Assembly: GCA_000004695.1 (NCBI GenBank)
Contig: CM000150.2
Span: 1,056,001-1,120,000 of the forward strand
DNA: 64,000 nt
Direction: 5' to 3'
DNA from: Dictyostelium discoideum
Taxonomy: Eukaryota
Shown here: one piece after another, positions 1-27,268 of the stretch
How the letters are laid out: every line of letters starts with the position of its first letter
Position numbering within the stretch: the stretch's first letter is position 1
Program-made: the position numbers and the translations under genes
The notes under the pieces: generated by a model
Database searches by the model: none
What the model saw: the letters and a program-made list of their open reading frames with translations, nothing else
What the model was told of the DNA's origin: nothing

Positions 1-561
1 TTTTTTTGTTTCAAAAAATATGGTTGAGGGGTATGTTCTTTATTAAAAGATTAAGAATTGAAAGTGACAATTTAAAATTTTAAATTCCTTGAACATTGTG
101 GGAGAAAGTGGGGTTGTTTAAAAATAAGATATTGTGAATAATTTTATGTTGTCTACATTTTGTGCTGTGTTTAAATTAAGATTTAAGAAATTACATAAAT
201 ATCCAAAAGATCTTCAATCCTAAAAATAAAAAATTGAACAACAATAACAATATTTATATTTACAAATCTTTTTTATTTTTTTTTAAAAATAAAAATAAAA
301 ATAGATTAATGAGTTTTTTTTAATATTTGTTTTTTTTATTTTTTTTATTGTTATTTTAAATGTGAGTTAATTAGCAATTTTATTATTGTGATGATTTGGA
401 ATAATTTTTTTTTTTTTTTTTTTTTACTGTTTTATTTTTTTTATTATTATTTTATTATTTTTTTTTTTTTTATATATCTACTGTTATTTTTATTTTTATT
501 ATTATTTTTATTGATTTTATTATTAAATTGTTGTTATTTTTATTTCTGATAATTTTAGCTT

Positions 562-11586
<11,025 letters not shown>

Positions 11587-12236
11587 TTTTTTTTTTTTTT
11601 TTTTTTTTTTTTTATTTGTTTTTTTTTCTTCAATGACAAATCGGTGTGATTGAATTCACCTTACCTCAATATAACAGGCACCAAAAAAAAAAAATAAAAA
11701 AAAAATAAAAATAAAAATGAAAAAAAAAAAATAAATGTGTAAAAAAAAAATTTTTCATTTTTTAATTTTTTTTAATTTTTTATTTTTTAAATTTTCCAAA
11801 AGGAAGTTCAATATATATTTTTTTTAATCAAATTTTATATTAATTAATAAAAAAAAAAAATTTTTTACAAATAAAAATTTTATAATATTAAATTTTTAAA
11901 TACATTTTTATTTAATTTTATGTTATTTTTATTTTTTTTTTTTTTTTGGGAAAATTAAATAAAATTTTTGAAAAAAAAAAATAAAAAAAATAAGTATAAT
12001 CAAGTTTATTTAGAAATCCCAATATCTAGATTATAACCTAATCATTATAATTTTTTCACAAAAAACGATTTTATAAATTTAAAAGGATTTTTTCATAATA
12101 TTAAAAAAAAAAAATTGATATAAAATAATGTGGAGATGTCTCTAAAATATTTTTTTTTTTTTTTTAAAATTATTTTTTTTATTTTTTCATTTTTAAACAA
12201 TTTTTTTTTTTAAATAATCTGTTATGGACATCAATT

Positions 12237-12560
12237 TTGGATATGGAATATGAATATTTTAGTTTAAAAACTAAACGGCCTATCAATAAGTATTTTTTCA
12301 ATGTTGTACAACTTTGTGGCAGGAAAAAATTCTCAATTTGTAAAGAAATCCGGATTATCTTTCTTTATTGGGTGTATCTGCTCGTCAGGACTTTTTTTTA
12401 TTTAACCAACCCCAATAAAGTGGTCTGGTGGTATTTTAACAAAAAAAAAAATAATTAATAAAATAAAATAAAATAAAAATGCACGAGTATTTTAAACCAA
12501 ATAATGGACAAAAATATTGGAAAAGGGTTTTTCTGACCAATAACACTTAACCATATTTTT
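12237..12560. other. Island of relatively high GC (about 35%) inside an otherwise over-90% AT intergenic desert. It is a candidate non-coding RNA or regulatory island and is unclassified.
   Basis: A compositional discontinuity is visible by eye (…aaacggcctatc…tggcaggaaaaaattctc…gggtgtatctgctcgtcaggac…ccaaccccaataaagtggtctggtggt…). A perfect 10-bp palindrome ATTGGCCAAT sits at about 12592-12604. The track ORF 12237..12458 has no protein-like features. Confidence 0.15.
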
Positions 12561-12684
12561 TTGTCATTAAAAAAAAAAAAAAAAAACTCTCTTTTTGATT
12601 GGCCAATGATTATAAAAAAAAAATACAAAAAAAAAAAAATAAAATTTAAATATCTAATTTTTATAGATTTTAATAATATATAAA

Positions 12685-12716
<32 letters not shown>

Positions 12717-12969
12717 AAAATAAAAAATAAAAAAAGAAAAAAAAAAAAAAATGCCATACCTTAATGAGAATAAACCATTTTTTTTATTCAATTATTTTTA
12801 TTTTCATTTTAATCCAATATAATTTTATATATCTTTAATTTAAATGGTAAGAAAACAAATAATTGTTTTTACGAAAAAAAAAAAAAAAAAAATTTTTTTT
12901 TTTTTTTTCCTTGTTTTATTTATTATTTGCTTTTAATATTTATTTATTTTTTTTGATAAAAATAATAAA

Positions 12970-13008
<39 letters not shown>

Positions 13009-15887
13009 TTTAAAATGAAAAATTTATTTTTTATTTTTCATTTTTTACATTTCAATACAATTACACATTTTTATAATTTAAATAATATCATACATATATA
13101 ATAATTTCACACTTTTTTTTATTTTTTTTATTTTAAAATATTATTTGTATTTATTTATCAATGTAAAGATTATGATAATATTAAATTTAAATTTATTTAT
13201 TGTAAATTTTATAGGTGTAATTTTTTTTTTTTGTTTTTTTTTTTTTTTTTTATATGTGTAATTAATATATCTATTATTTTTTATTTAAATAAAAAGATTA
13301 AAATTAAAATAAAATTAAAAATAACCCCTTAAAAAATGATATTATGACAAAAAATTTTATTATTAAAAAAAAAAAAAAAAAAAAAAAAAAGGTTTGATTT
13401 GAGGATAATATTGATAATTTTTAAAATCAATTTTTTTTTTTTTTTTTTTTTTTCAACATTGAGGAAAATTTAATAATACAAAACAATAACAAGGACCCAA
13501 ACTAAAAATGGCACAGCCAATTTTAGCCATCTTGAATTTTTAAAAACGAATGAGATATTTTATTGAATGAAAATCGTTTTTACCAAATATTTCCACTTTT
13601 TTTAAAAATAAAAAAAATAAAAAAAATAAAAATATAAAAAAAAAAAAAATTTTGTTGAGTGGTGATTGCTGTTGAACATGAAGTGAGATATTTTTTTTTG
13701 ATTTTTCAAAAAAAATTGGTTTTAAGGAATTTATATAAAATAAATAAAAGTAATGAATCTTGGTAGTGTGAGATTGATTAATGATCGTTTCTAATGAAAA
13801 AAAGTGAGGAAAATGGTTTGTCAATATTTTTTGCTTTTTTCTTGGCCAATAATAGAGTTTTAAAAACTTTCGTGTCAAATTTTTTCTTTATTCTTTTTTC
13901 TTTTTTTTTACCAATCAGTAATGAACCTTTGCAGTTTTATCATCCAATCAAAGAGTTTTTCTTGAAAAATGAAGAAATTAGCATTTTTGCACGAAAAAAA
14001 AAAAAAAAAAGAAAAAAAAAAAAAAAACTGATTATTCCAACTACCGTGATGAGACCAAACCATTATTTTGGATTTTGGAAAAAAAAAAAAAAAAAAAAAA
14101 AAAAACTTTATGAATTAAAGTCTTCATAAAGTCAAAAGTAGTTAAAAAAAAAAAAATAAAAAAAAAAATCTTTGGATTTTTTTTTTGTTTTGGATGCTGA
14201 TTAATAAAAAAAAAAAATAAAAAAAAAAAAATAAAAAAAAAAAAAACGAGTGAACCAGCCAAAAAGTATATATTTCTCAGAGAATCAAGCCAAATCAGAA
14301 ACTAATTCTGCAAACGAAAATAAATTAAAAAAAAAAAAAAAAAAAAATTAAGAATTCAATTTTATTTTAGGTACCTGATTGCCGTGAAAAATAAAAAAAA
14401 ATAAAAAAAAATAAAAAAAAAAATAAGATTTTATAAATGGCCCAAAAAAAAAAAAAAAAAAAAAAAAATTAATCAAAAGGGAGCCCCATTATTTATTAAT
14501 ACATTAAAAGAAAAGTAAAAAAAAACCTAAACCCATAAAATCACTCCATTTTTATTATTTTTTATTATTTTTTTATTTTTTTTTATTTTTTTATTATTTT
14601 TTTTTTTTCTTTTTTTTTTTTTTATTTTTTTTTTTTCTAAAAAAATATTTTTAAAACAAACCATTTTTTTATTTTTAAAAAAAAAAAAAAACAATTTTCG
14701 TGGGTTTAATAAATAGGATCAAATTTATAAATAAATATAAATAATAAAAATAATTTTTTTTTATTTATTTATTTATTTATTTAAAAATAAAATAAAAAAA
14801 AAATAAAATAAAATAAATCATTAAAATAAAATAATAATTTTAATTAAATAATAATTTATAAATAATAAATACACATTTATATATATATATATATATATTT
14901 ATAAAAAGATAATAATCTTTTCTTGTAATAATAAAACACTTTTGTCTTTTTAAATTTTTTATTTTTTATTTTTTAAATTAATATTTTCATTTTTTTTTTT
15001 TTTTTTTTATTTTAATTAAAAAATTTTTTTTCATTCACATCACCAAACATCAGATTTTTATTTTTTTTATTTTTTATTTTTAATTTTATTTTTTTATTTT
15101 TATTTTTTATTTTTTATTTTTTTATTTTTTATTTTTATTTTTATTTTTTTTTTGGTTACATATTTAAATTTTTTTATTTTTTTTTTTTTTTCTTACAACA
15201 TAGTTAATAATTAAATAATAATAAAATACAAATTTATAATTTAAATTTAATAGATCAATTATCAAGTGACTTTTCAAGTCACACATTCCCTCATATTCTC
15301 ACCCCAATAATAAACAACACATTCTCACTCCTCTCTATTAATTATACACCCAACTATTTAATTTTTTATTTTTTTTTTTTTATTTTTTAAAATTTTATTT
15401 TTCATTTTTTTTTTTTTGTTTTATTTTATTTTTTTTTTTTTTAAATTATTTTTTTATTTTTAATTTTATTATTATCAAATAATTATTAATTAATAATTAT
15501 ATCTTTTTGTGTGTTTTTTTTTTTTTTTTTTTTTTTAAAATAATATCCTTCCTAATTATAATATAATAATTATTCTTTTTTTTAAAAAAAAAAAAAAATC
15601 TAAAAAAAAAAAGTATTAAAATTAAAAATAAAAAAAAACCTGGAAAAATAATAAATAATTTCAAAAACAATTCCAAATAATCAAATTTCCAACAATAATA
15701 AAAAATTAAAAAAATAAAAAAATCTAATTTCAGAAAAAAAAAAATAAATTTTTGCTTCTCATCCCCAACAATCTCCCAACTTTTCAAAATTTTAAAAAAA
15801 AAAAAAAAATAAAAAATTAATTTCCCAATAAAATAAAAAATAAAAAAAAATAATTTGAAACAAAAAAAAAAATAAAAATAAAAAAAA

Positions 15888-18531
<2,644 letters not shown>

Positions 18532-18534
18532 AGG

Positions 18535-18581
<47 letters not shown>

Positions 18582-18724
18582 AATTATTCCATAAACAAAA
18601 TTAAAATTTGAAACATTACAAACCAAACTTGTTAACACCAAATAAAATTTAAATTGGATCAATAAACTTGAATCAAAGAAGAATAATAATAATAAATTAT
18701 ATTTTTATTATTTTTTTAAAAAGG

Positions 18725-18755
<31 letters not shown>

Positions 18756-20536
18756 AAATATATGTATTTATATGTCATAATAAAAACTTTATCTTTTTTA
18801 AATTTTTTTATTTATTTTATTATTTTTTCATTTTTTTATGTTTTCAATAATAAATGAAGTTTAACAAAAAAAAAAAAAAAAAAAAAATCTATTTCGTAAC
18901 TCACCACAAATACTGCCCTTTACAGTTTTGTCATTTTTTTTTTATTTTTATTTTTATTTAAAAAAAATGGCAAAAAATAGCTTGCGACGTGTATAAAAAT
19001 ATACCTTTTTAGTTTTTTTTCGTTTTTTTCACTTTATTTTTTTTTATGAAAAAAATATATTGATGGTTTATTTCATAAAATTTTCTTGACCTATCGTCAA
19101 GACATTTTTTTTTTAAAATTTTCTGATCCTCTATATTTTTATGTTATGTTCTTAATGTTAGTTTCAATAATATTTGTTGTGGTTTTTATATAATATAGTT
19201 TGAAAACTTTTGATAATCAAAATTGGGAAAAAATTTTAATTAAATATCACTTTATAAACTAAAAATAATAATAATAATTAGATAATAATAATTAATAAAA
19301 TTAAAATTTAAAATAGAATTCTTCATTCATTTAAATAGTTCATTTCTATAAATAGAAAAATATTAATTTTAATTAATTTTAAAATTAAAAACACTGAAAA
19401 AAATCAAGAATTTAGAAAATCAAAAAATTAAAGACTAAATAGCCAAAAAATAAAAAATAAAAAATAAAAATAAAAAACAAACTTCAAAATCGAAAAAAAA
19501 AATATAAATAATAATAAAATAAATTAAACAATAATAAAAAAAAAAAAAAAAAAAAATGAAAAAAAAAAAAAAAAATTAAAGTACATAAAGTGTTTATAGT
19601 ATTAATTTACATATAATTTTGTAATTTCAATTTAGCTCTTTTTTTTTTTTTTTGTGGTGTCGTGTTTAAAATTTCTTTATTTGTAATTAAATAATCAAAA
19701 TAATATGACAAAAAATTAAATTTTTACAACGTGGTTTTTTTTTTTTTTTTTTTCAAATAAATAAAAAATAAAACAAATGAAACAAACAGCATTAATTTTC
19801 ATTTCAAAACCAAAAAACATTTTTTGATTTGTGGGATGTGTTTTTCAGATAATAGGATCAGATTTGTTTTAGTATAATTTTTTAAAATAATGATCTCATT
19901 AAGATATGTATTATTATGAAAATACTACGTTGTTTAAGCTTGGAATTTTTTTATTTTTAGATTTTTTTCAACAGATTGGTCTAAACAATTGTTTTTTTAT
20001 TTTTTTTTTCTTGAAATCATTTGCAACCTATAAAAAACATTAAAAAATAGAATTATTTTAAAAAATAAAAATAAAAAATTAGGCTTTATTCTAAAAACCA
20101 TGATAGTTTTAAATATAAATTTAGAAGGTCCCCATAATTTAATGTTGATATTATTTCCCCAATATATGTGTCAAACAATTTCAACTACGTAGTCTCCAGT
20201 TTTTTTTTTTTCAATATCAAATTCCCAAATATAAAATAAAAAAAATAATAAATTGTTTTTCAATATCTTGCTTAACATTTAAAAAAAAAAAAAATTAAAT
20301 AAAATAAAATAAAATAAAAAAAAATAAATAAAAATTTAGATTATTATTAATTTTATAATAATAATCAAAACCAAATCTCTAAAATAAATACCACATCACC
20401 TTGTATATAAACAATAAAAAAAAAATAATTTAATTTTAAATAATTTAAAAAAAAAAAAAAAAAATAACAACTACCTGTAAATATAAATATAAAATAAATG
20501 TTATTCATATATCTCATTGTCACTTTTTTCACCAAA

Positions 20537-20890
20537 ATGGATAGCGTATCAAGGATAAAAGCGTTTTTCATTATGCTATTGACTTTAGCCGACCAGCCAT
20601 TAACATATAAAATAAAGATTTCTCAATGCAATGATATGATAATTAATGTTCCGTACAACGAGTGCTTTCCAATTTATGACGATTGTGTTTTTGGTTCTGT
20701 CCTTATTTTCCAAAAATCTGATTCATCAAAGTATCAAGTTAATCTTTATCCAAATATCAATTGTGATGAGAATGGAATTATACCAAGTAAAATTCCATAT
20801 AATGAAAGTGGCCTAAAAATTACCGATCCCTTAGCTTTTTACCTAATGTTTTTAATAATTATAACAATTCTTTTAATTATGATTTTATAA
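20537..20890 (+). CDS. Small (about 117 aa) signal-peptide protein with 4 Cys and a C-terminal hydrophobic tail, consistent with a GPI-anchored or membrane protein. Function unknown.
   Basis: ATG at 20537 (MDSVSRIKAFFIMLLTLA) is in frame within track ORF 20498..20890. The N-terminus is hydrophobic and the C-terminus reads FYLMFLIIITILLIMIL. Confidence 0.5.
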   Translation: MDSVSRIKAFFIMLLTLADQPLTYKIKISQCNDMIINVPYNECFPIYDDCVFGSVLIFQKSDSSKYQVNLYPNINCDENGIIPSKIPYNESGLKITDPLAFYLMFLIIITILLIMIL

Positions 20891-21140
20891 ACAAATAAAT
20901 AAATATTATAAATATTTGTTCACACTTGAAAAATTGTTTTTTAATTTTTATTTTTATTCTTTTTATGTTAACAATGCTCAAACATTTTTAAAAATAAAAA
21001 ATAATAATAATAATAATACAAAGTATACCTTAATATATTAAAATAGTTTTAGTACTTTTTATTTTACCAATATTTTATTATTATACTTTAATTTATGATA
21101 TGATATGAATTTATTATTATTATTATGAAAAAGTTTTGAA

Positions 21141-24100
21141 TTATTTAAATTTTGAAATTTTAGAAGGTTGATTAGAAGTTGGTGTATCTTTTCTTTTTTT
21201 TGAAGCATTATCAGGTGATTTAATTGAAGAATTTGATTTAACTTGGAATGGAATTTTCTTTGTTTTTGGTGATTTGACAATATTTGAAGTAGAAGTTGAT
21301 TTTGGTGGTGGTGATTCTTCAGCACCACCAGTTGAGAAAATGTCACTATCAAAAGTATTATTTAAAACTCTTTGTGGTGTTGTTGTTGTTGTGGTTGTTG
21401 TTTTTGGTGTTGGTGTTGATTTTGGTGGTGAATCAATTTGAACAGTTGGTGAAGTTGTAGTTGTGGTGGTGGTGGTTTGTGATGAATTTTGAGATGATGA
21501 TAATGATGATGATAATGATGATGAAATTTGAGAAGAAGATGAAGAAATAATTTGAGGATTTAAATTTAAAGGTTTAAAATTTTCAATAAATTCAACGATT
21601 TTCTTTGATAACCAAGATAAACCCATTTTATTTGATAAAGCAAATACAATTGATAAAGATTTCTTTAAATGTAATAGACCACATAAATCCATACATTTTT
21701 TATAATGACCTTGTTGAGCGTAAAAATCGAATAATCTAATGATTGTTGAATCGATTTCAGCGATTTGTTTAGTGGCAACTGATTCTTCAAAAGTATTTGA
21801 AGCTATACTATAATTTAAATAACTACTTAATTGGAATTTACTCTTTACAAATTCTCTTTCATTCGAGATTGATGAAGGACCACCATTATTGGTAAGTAAT
21901 GGTAATTCAATTTTTACATAATTATGAGTTTGTTGTTTAATTAAAGGGTATTCACAACAAAATATTGAATAAATATCCTTTTTACCTAAACCAATTACCC
22001 AATAGGTGTAAAGTTCTTGTGAATGTGGTTTATCGCATTTAGTGAGATCTGTGATTGGTATCCATTGTAAGAAAGTTGTAGAGGTTGAAGCTGTTGTCGG
22101 TGTGGTACTTGTCATATCTGAAACCGACTGAATCCAACCATTTGATAATTGACGAATCATACCACCAGTATCCATTGATGTTAATAAACCTTCATCAGAG
22201 AAACCAATCCAAGAAAGCTTTGAAAATGGTGACAATGGTAGGGTATCATGATAGAATTGTTTACCATTGACTAAATTAATCCACCAAACGTTCATATATT
22301 GAGTACCATTACGACCAGATATTGATTTATGATAAACGATTGCCAATTGATCGGCATGAGTATTCATTGTAACTAAATCACCTGGTAAACTAAATAAATT
22401 CAATTGAATACCACCCAAACTAAAGATACGTACAATACCATTCTCTGAGCAACTGATGATATAATTCTTTGATACTGCAACACCAGAGATACCATCCTTA
22501 TCTATATAGCTCCAATCACCAGTACCATTATTCGAATCAAATGATTTAAAAGTTAATGTTGATTTTGGTTTGGTAGCATATTGTTGTTGTAACTCTAATT
22601 GTCTTTGTGATGGACCACCACTACCACTACTACCACCACCCAATGATGAACTTAATGAAGTACCATTAGCAATTGCTTCTTCTTCTTCCAACCTTTTCAA
22701 CATTATCTCTTCTTGTTTCTCTTGATACTCATCCAATTCCTCTTGATTGAATTTGGTTGCAAAGATTGCACCACAACTATTTAATGATGCTATTCTTAAA
22801 CATTGATTTGGATCAGGGAATACCACTTTCTTATGAAAACTAGTATCATGAAAATCGATTTCAATTGAAGAAGTTTCACCATTACCTTTTGTCTCTTCTC
22901 TCTTTATAATTTTACCCAACATATTATAAGCCAAATAATATCTCTTTGTCTTTAATCTTCTTGTCTTTGGATTATTATTTACAAATTGATAAGTTGAACC
23001 AATTTGAAATGATTCTTGATTATAATCATTAAATTCATCATTACCATTTGATCTTACACTAATATTATCTTGATGATCATCCATTTCATTATAATCATTA
23101 TCTACTTTACTTTTATCATTTAAATTTATACCATTTCTTTGTAATATTTTTGGTTTTTTAATTTTATCACCATCATCATCATCATCATTATTATTATCAT
23201 TATCATCTCCTTCTTCTTGTTGTTCCTCATTCTTCTTTTTATTATTATCATTTTCATCAAAACTGAAATCATCATCATTAAAATCAAAACTTGGTTCATC
23301 ATCTTCTAATGATAGTTTTGTATCAATATCATCACCATCTGATCCAACAAAATTTGAATATTGATATAAATTACCTTTACTATCAAACTAAAAATAATTA
23401 TTATTATTATTATTAAAAAATTAGTAAATGAAATATAATGTATCATTTAATTAATTTATACATACAAATGAAATTGAATTTGAAGAATATGGTGACCAAG
23501 AGAATGAGATGATTGGACAATGATGTTTATAACGAACAATTGGTTCAGTTGGTAAAGTTGAGTCAGATAAATCATCAACACCACAATCCCAAATTAAAAG
23601 ATAACAATCCAATGAAGTTGATGCTAAATATTCACCACCAGATGACCATTGTACATTTGTAACCTCTTTAATATGACCATCAGAGTCATCAAAAATATAA
23701 GATTTCCATTTATTTTGAAAATCTTTTGAATTGAATTGTAATGTTTTAATTGTATTTGAAGAGTATGTTGGAATTGTTAATTCGAATCTATTACTACTAT
23801 CAGAAGTACCACGTTTAGATAATGGTGATGGACGCCATGAAATACCAATTTTCTTTAAAGTTTCTTTTGTACAATCTAATGTTATTGTATGTATTGGTGA
23901 TGGTTCTTCACCCCATAATTCAAATTTACCAGATTCCCAAATCTTTAATTTTGAATCTTCACCAATACTTGCTAAATAATTACCATCATTACTATATTGT
24001 AATGTTATAACTTCACCTTTATGTGCATCTTTAATTAAATGATGTTCTCTAACATTTGTCATTGAAATTGATTTAATATTATTACTATATATATATATAT

Positions 24101-24667
24101 ATATATTTTATAATAATTAGTATTATATATATTTATATTATTATTATTTATTATATGTACATACAGTGAACCAACAGCTAAAAATGATTGAGTTGGATTA
24201 AATTTTATACAATTTGGAGTTGAAGGAACTGAAATTGTTTGAACATCTACATTACCATTATTACTAGTTGAAAATATATTAATTGTATTATCTTCACATG
24301 AACTTGCACATTTATGATAAACACCCAAATCAATGGATGTAACAATTTTACTACCATCACCATGTGTATTTAATAATATATTTTTATCTTCATTTTGATA
24401 ATAAATTTGATTACTCTTTGGATAACAAAATAATAATTTATTACTTTTGAGAGAAATGAAAAAAAAAAAAAAAAAAAAAAAAAATCAATAAAATGAAAAT
24501 ATTGTTATATTGTATAATATATGGATAGAGAGATGGAATACATACATTTCAGGATGATATTTTAATAAACCTTGGTTTTTATTATTATTACCACTATCAA
24601 TAATTTTAAGATCTGTTGGTTTTGCCTTTATTATTGGTTCTGATTTTTTTTGTTTTTTAACAACCAT
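21141..24667 (-). CDS. Ctf4/AND-1 (WDHD1)-like DNA polymerase alpha-binding protein, with an N-terminal WD40 propeller and a SepB-type C-terminal domain. Gene model about complement(join(21141..23387,23466..24084,24165..~24445,~24546..24667)).
   Basis: Track ORFs 24485..24667, 24059..24328, 23451..24062 and 21141..23084 join in frame through introns. The joins are ...KYHPE|gtatgt...ag|INKLLFCYPKSNQIYYQNEDKN...AVGSL|gtatgt (donor 24164-24159), then ag|LNNIKSISMTNVREHH... (acceptor 24086-24085), then ...SNSISF|gtatgt (donor 23465-23460), then ag|FDSKGNLYQYSNFVGSDGDD... (acceptor 23389-23388), running into MDDHQDN... WD repeats are visible (GEVITLQYSNDGNYLASIGEDSKLKIW; EVTNVQWSSGGEYLASTSLDCYLLIWD). 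The C-terminal block is Ctf4-like (YLAYNMLGKI..., ASLNSCGAIFATKF..., QELYTYWVIGLGKKDIYSIFCCEYPLIKQ...). The boundaries of the first two exons are approximate. Confidence 0.75.
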
Positions 24668-24808
24668 TTTTATTAAAGTAATAATAGTATTTTACAATAT
24701 ATATTTTATATTATTATTATTATTATTACTATTATTATCTATTTAAACAATGAATAAAATGAAATATATAAAAAAAAAAAAAAATTTAAAAATAAAAAAA
24801 AAAATAAA

Positions 24809-24846
<38 letters not shown>

Positions 24847-24925
24847 GCCAAAACGTTAAAACTAACTGATTTTTTTTTTTGGGTTTTTATAAAAATAACT
24901 TTATTCTTTTTTTTTTTTTTTTTTT

Positions 24926-26242
24926 CTAAATATTTAGAGAACCCAAATTGACTACAGAGTCGTCAACGATTGAATTTCTATCAATATGGTGAACTTCTCT
25001 CTTTGGTTTTGTATTTTGTTGTTGTTTTAAATTTTTTCTTTGTTTATTACTTAAATGTGCATTACTTTCATCTTGATTTTCTTTTTTCTCTTCATTCTCT
25101 TTCTTTTTAATACCTTTATATGGATTTCTTGAAGCTTTTTCATTGTTATTATTATTATTACTTGTAGTAGTGGTGGTAGTTGTAGTGGTAGTTGTTGTCG
25201 TAGTGGTAGTATTTATATTATCATCTTTATTTTCATCAATTTCATTTTCATCAGTAGTAGTTACACTACTATTATCATCAAAATTATTACTACTGCTATT
25301 TTCAACAACTGAATCATCTTTACTTAATGATAAAGCAAGTAAATATTCAACAGCTGCTTCTATATTATAATTACAATCGATTAATGCTTCTTTTATATTT
25401 TTTACACTCGTTTCACCTGTTAATGTCATAATTTCATAAACTGAATCGTCTATAAAATTTCCACTATTACCACCACTATTATTATAATCAAATGAACTAC
25501 TACCATTATTATTATTATAATCAAATGAACCACCACCATTATTTTTACCATTATTTTTACCATTATTATTATTCTTACCACCCTTTGAAGAAGGTTGAAA
25601 AGTTTGTTTATTATCAAAATTTGGAACTGGTGAAGAACTGGTTGATTTTGTTGGATATAATGATTGATTTGCAGGTCTTACAGAATTATAATGTTCATCA
25701 TTATGATATGATAAATGAATAGTTTTGTTTTTTTCAGGTGGGAAATGGTTGACGATTTCCCATCTTGGTTGGTCCATTTGATGTATAGTAATATTTACAT
25801 TGTAAGCCAATGATGCTGCTTGAATTTCAACATGACCACCCCATGTTGCATCTTCTCTCATCTCTTGAATGTACTCTTCGAATGATTCAAATTCTTCGTC
25901 ATCAATGAATGGTGCAAACATGTCTTTATTCTTTTCAATGTATTTACAAATTGCTTCACGATATTTCCTATGTTCATTGGGTGCATCTTGTAATTGATCT
26001 GCAATTGATCTAAATAAACAATTACCATCGCCTGCAACATCTTTAATTATAAATCCAAATGGTTCCAATTGTTGTTGAAATTTAACTATACCTCTTTTCC
26101 ATGATTCATCACCATGTTTTAATCTCTCTTTTCTTTTTCTTAATGATGCTTTAACTTGTCTATCTAATTTTTTATTATTACTATTATTATTATTATTATT
26201 ATTATTGCTACCTCTTTTATTATTATTATTTCCCTTTACCAT
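24926..26242 (-). CDS. OTU-domain deubiquitinase with a C-terminal UBA domain (OTUD3-like), 438 aa, single exon.
   Basis: The OTU Cys box is DGNCLFRSIADQL. The His box is HYNSVRP. The UBA-like segment is SVYEIMTLTGETSVKNIKEALIDCNYNIEAAVEYLLA. The termini carry Asn- and Thr-rich low-complexity sequence. Confidence 0.85.
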   Translation of the reverse strand: MVKGNNNNKRGSNNNNNNNNSNNKKLDRQVKASLRKRKERLKHGDESWKRGIVKFQQQLEPFGFIIKDVAGDGNCLFRSIADQLQDAPNEHRKYREAICKYIEKNKDMFAPFIDDEEFESFEEYIQEMREDATWGGHVEIQAASLAYNVNITIHQMDQPRWEIVNHFPPEKNKTIHLSYHNDEHYNSVRPANQSLYPTKSTSSSPVPNFDNKQTFQPSSKGGKNNNNGKNNGKNNGGGSFDYNNNNGSSSFDYNNSGGNSGNFIDDSVYEIMTLTGETSVKNIKEALIDCNYNIEAAVEYLLALSLSKDDSVVENSSSNNFDDNSSVTTTDENEIDENKDDNINTTTTTTTTTTTTTTTTSNNNNNNEKASRNPYKGIKKKENEEKKENQDESNAHLSNKQRKNLKQQQNTKPKREVHHIDRNSIVDDSVVNLGSLNI

Positions 26243-27268
26243 TTTTAAAAAATGATTTTAATTATTAATTATTATTATTATTATTTCTTAAAAGATGGAA
26301 TAAATTTATTTGCTTTACAATTGTATATTTGCAAATATATTAAAAAAAAAAAAATTGAAAAAAAAAAAAAAAAAAAAAAAAAATTATTATTTTATTTTTT
26401 TTTTAATTTCCATATTTTCCCCAATTGGTTCTAAATTTAATTTTAAGAATTTTAAGGGAAATAAGAATAAAAAAATAAAATTTATAATTTTATTTATTTA
26501 TATAAAAAAATTGATTCTAAATTAAAAAATACTCATTGGATGGAATTTTTTAATTATTTTATTTTTTTTCATTATTAAAAAAATTTCAAATTGATTATTA
26601 ATTTTTTCTTATAATTATTTTTGATTTTTTTTTCTTTATTATTTGAAGTTATTTTAAAATTTTTTTGTTTGGAATTTCTATGTTTTTGATGTGGTTTTGT
26701 ATCTTTTTTTTTTTTTTTTAAAAAAATTATATTTTATATTCTCAAAATTTAAGAATTTCATTATAGTAGTTAATCTCCACCTGGATTTACTCAACCAATC
26801 ATCCAGAGAAGTCTCAAATTATCTCATTACCACTCCCAACATTTTCAAAAGAAAATACTCAACCAAGTGGTGCTCCTCCATTTCAAGTTGAAATGATACC
26901 TAGTGGTTACTGATAATAGTCCAAATTAGATTTTTTTTTTTTTTTTTTTTTTAAAAATAAATAATAAAAAATATTATAATTTTCTTTTTTTATTTAGTAA
27001 TATTTAAAGGAAAAAAAAAAAAAAAAAAAAAAAAAAAGATATAAAAAATTAATAATCTCATAAAAAAGTAAAAATAAAAAAAAAATAAAAAATAAAATAT
27101 CTAATTTTCTCTTTGCCAAAAAATAAAAAAAAATAAAAAAAAAAAAAAAATTTAAAAATTTATTTAATTTTAATTAAAATTTAAAACCCTTATTTTCATT
27201 TTTTATTTTTTATTTTTTTTTTTATTTTTTAATTTTTTTATTTTATATAAAACCAAAACTTAATAATA

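Noticed and set aside
12237-15787. Small ORFs in the AT-rich intergenic region (12237..12458, 13540..13878, 13794..14129, 14041..14262, 15497..15787, 15792..16007).
   Set aside because: They are poly-F/K/I products of homopolymer A/T runs with no protein-like composition. The region is kept only as a candidate non-coding island.
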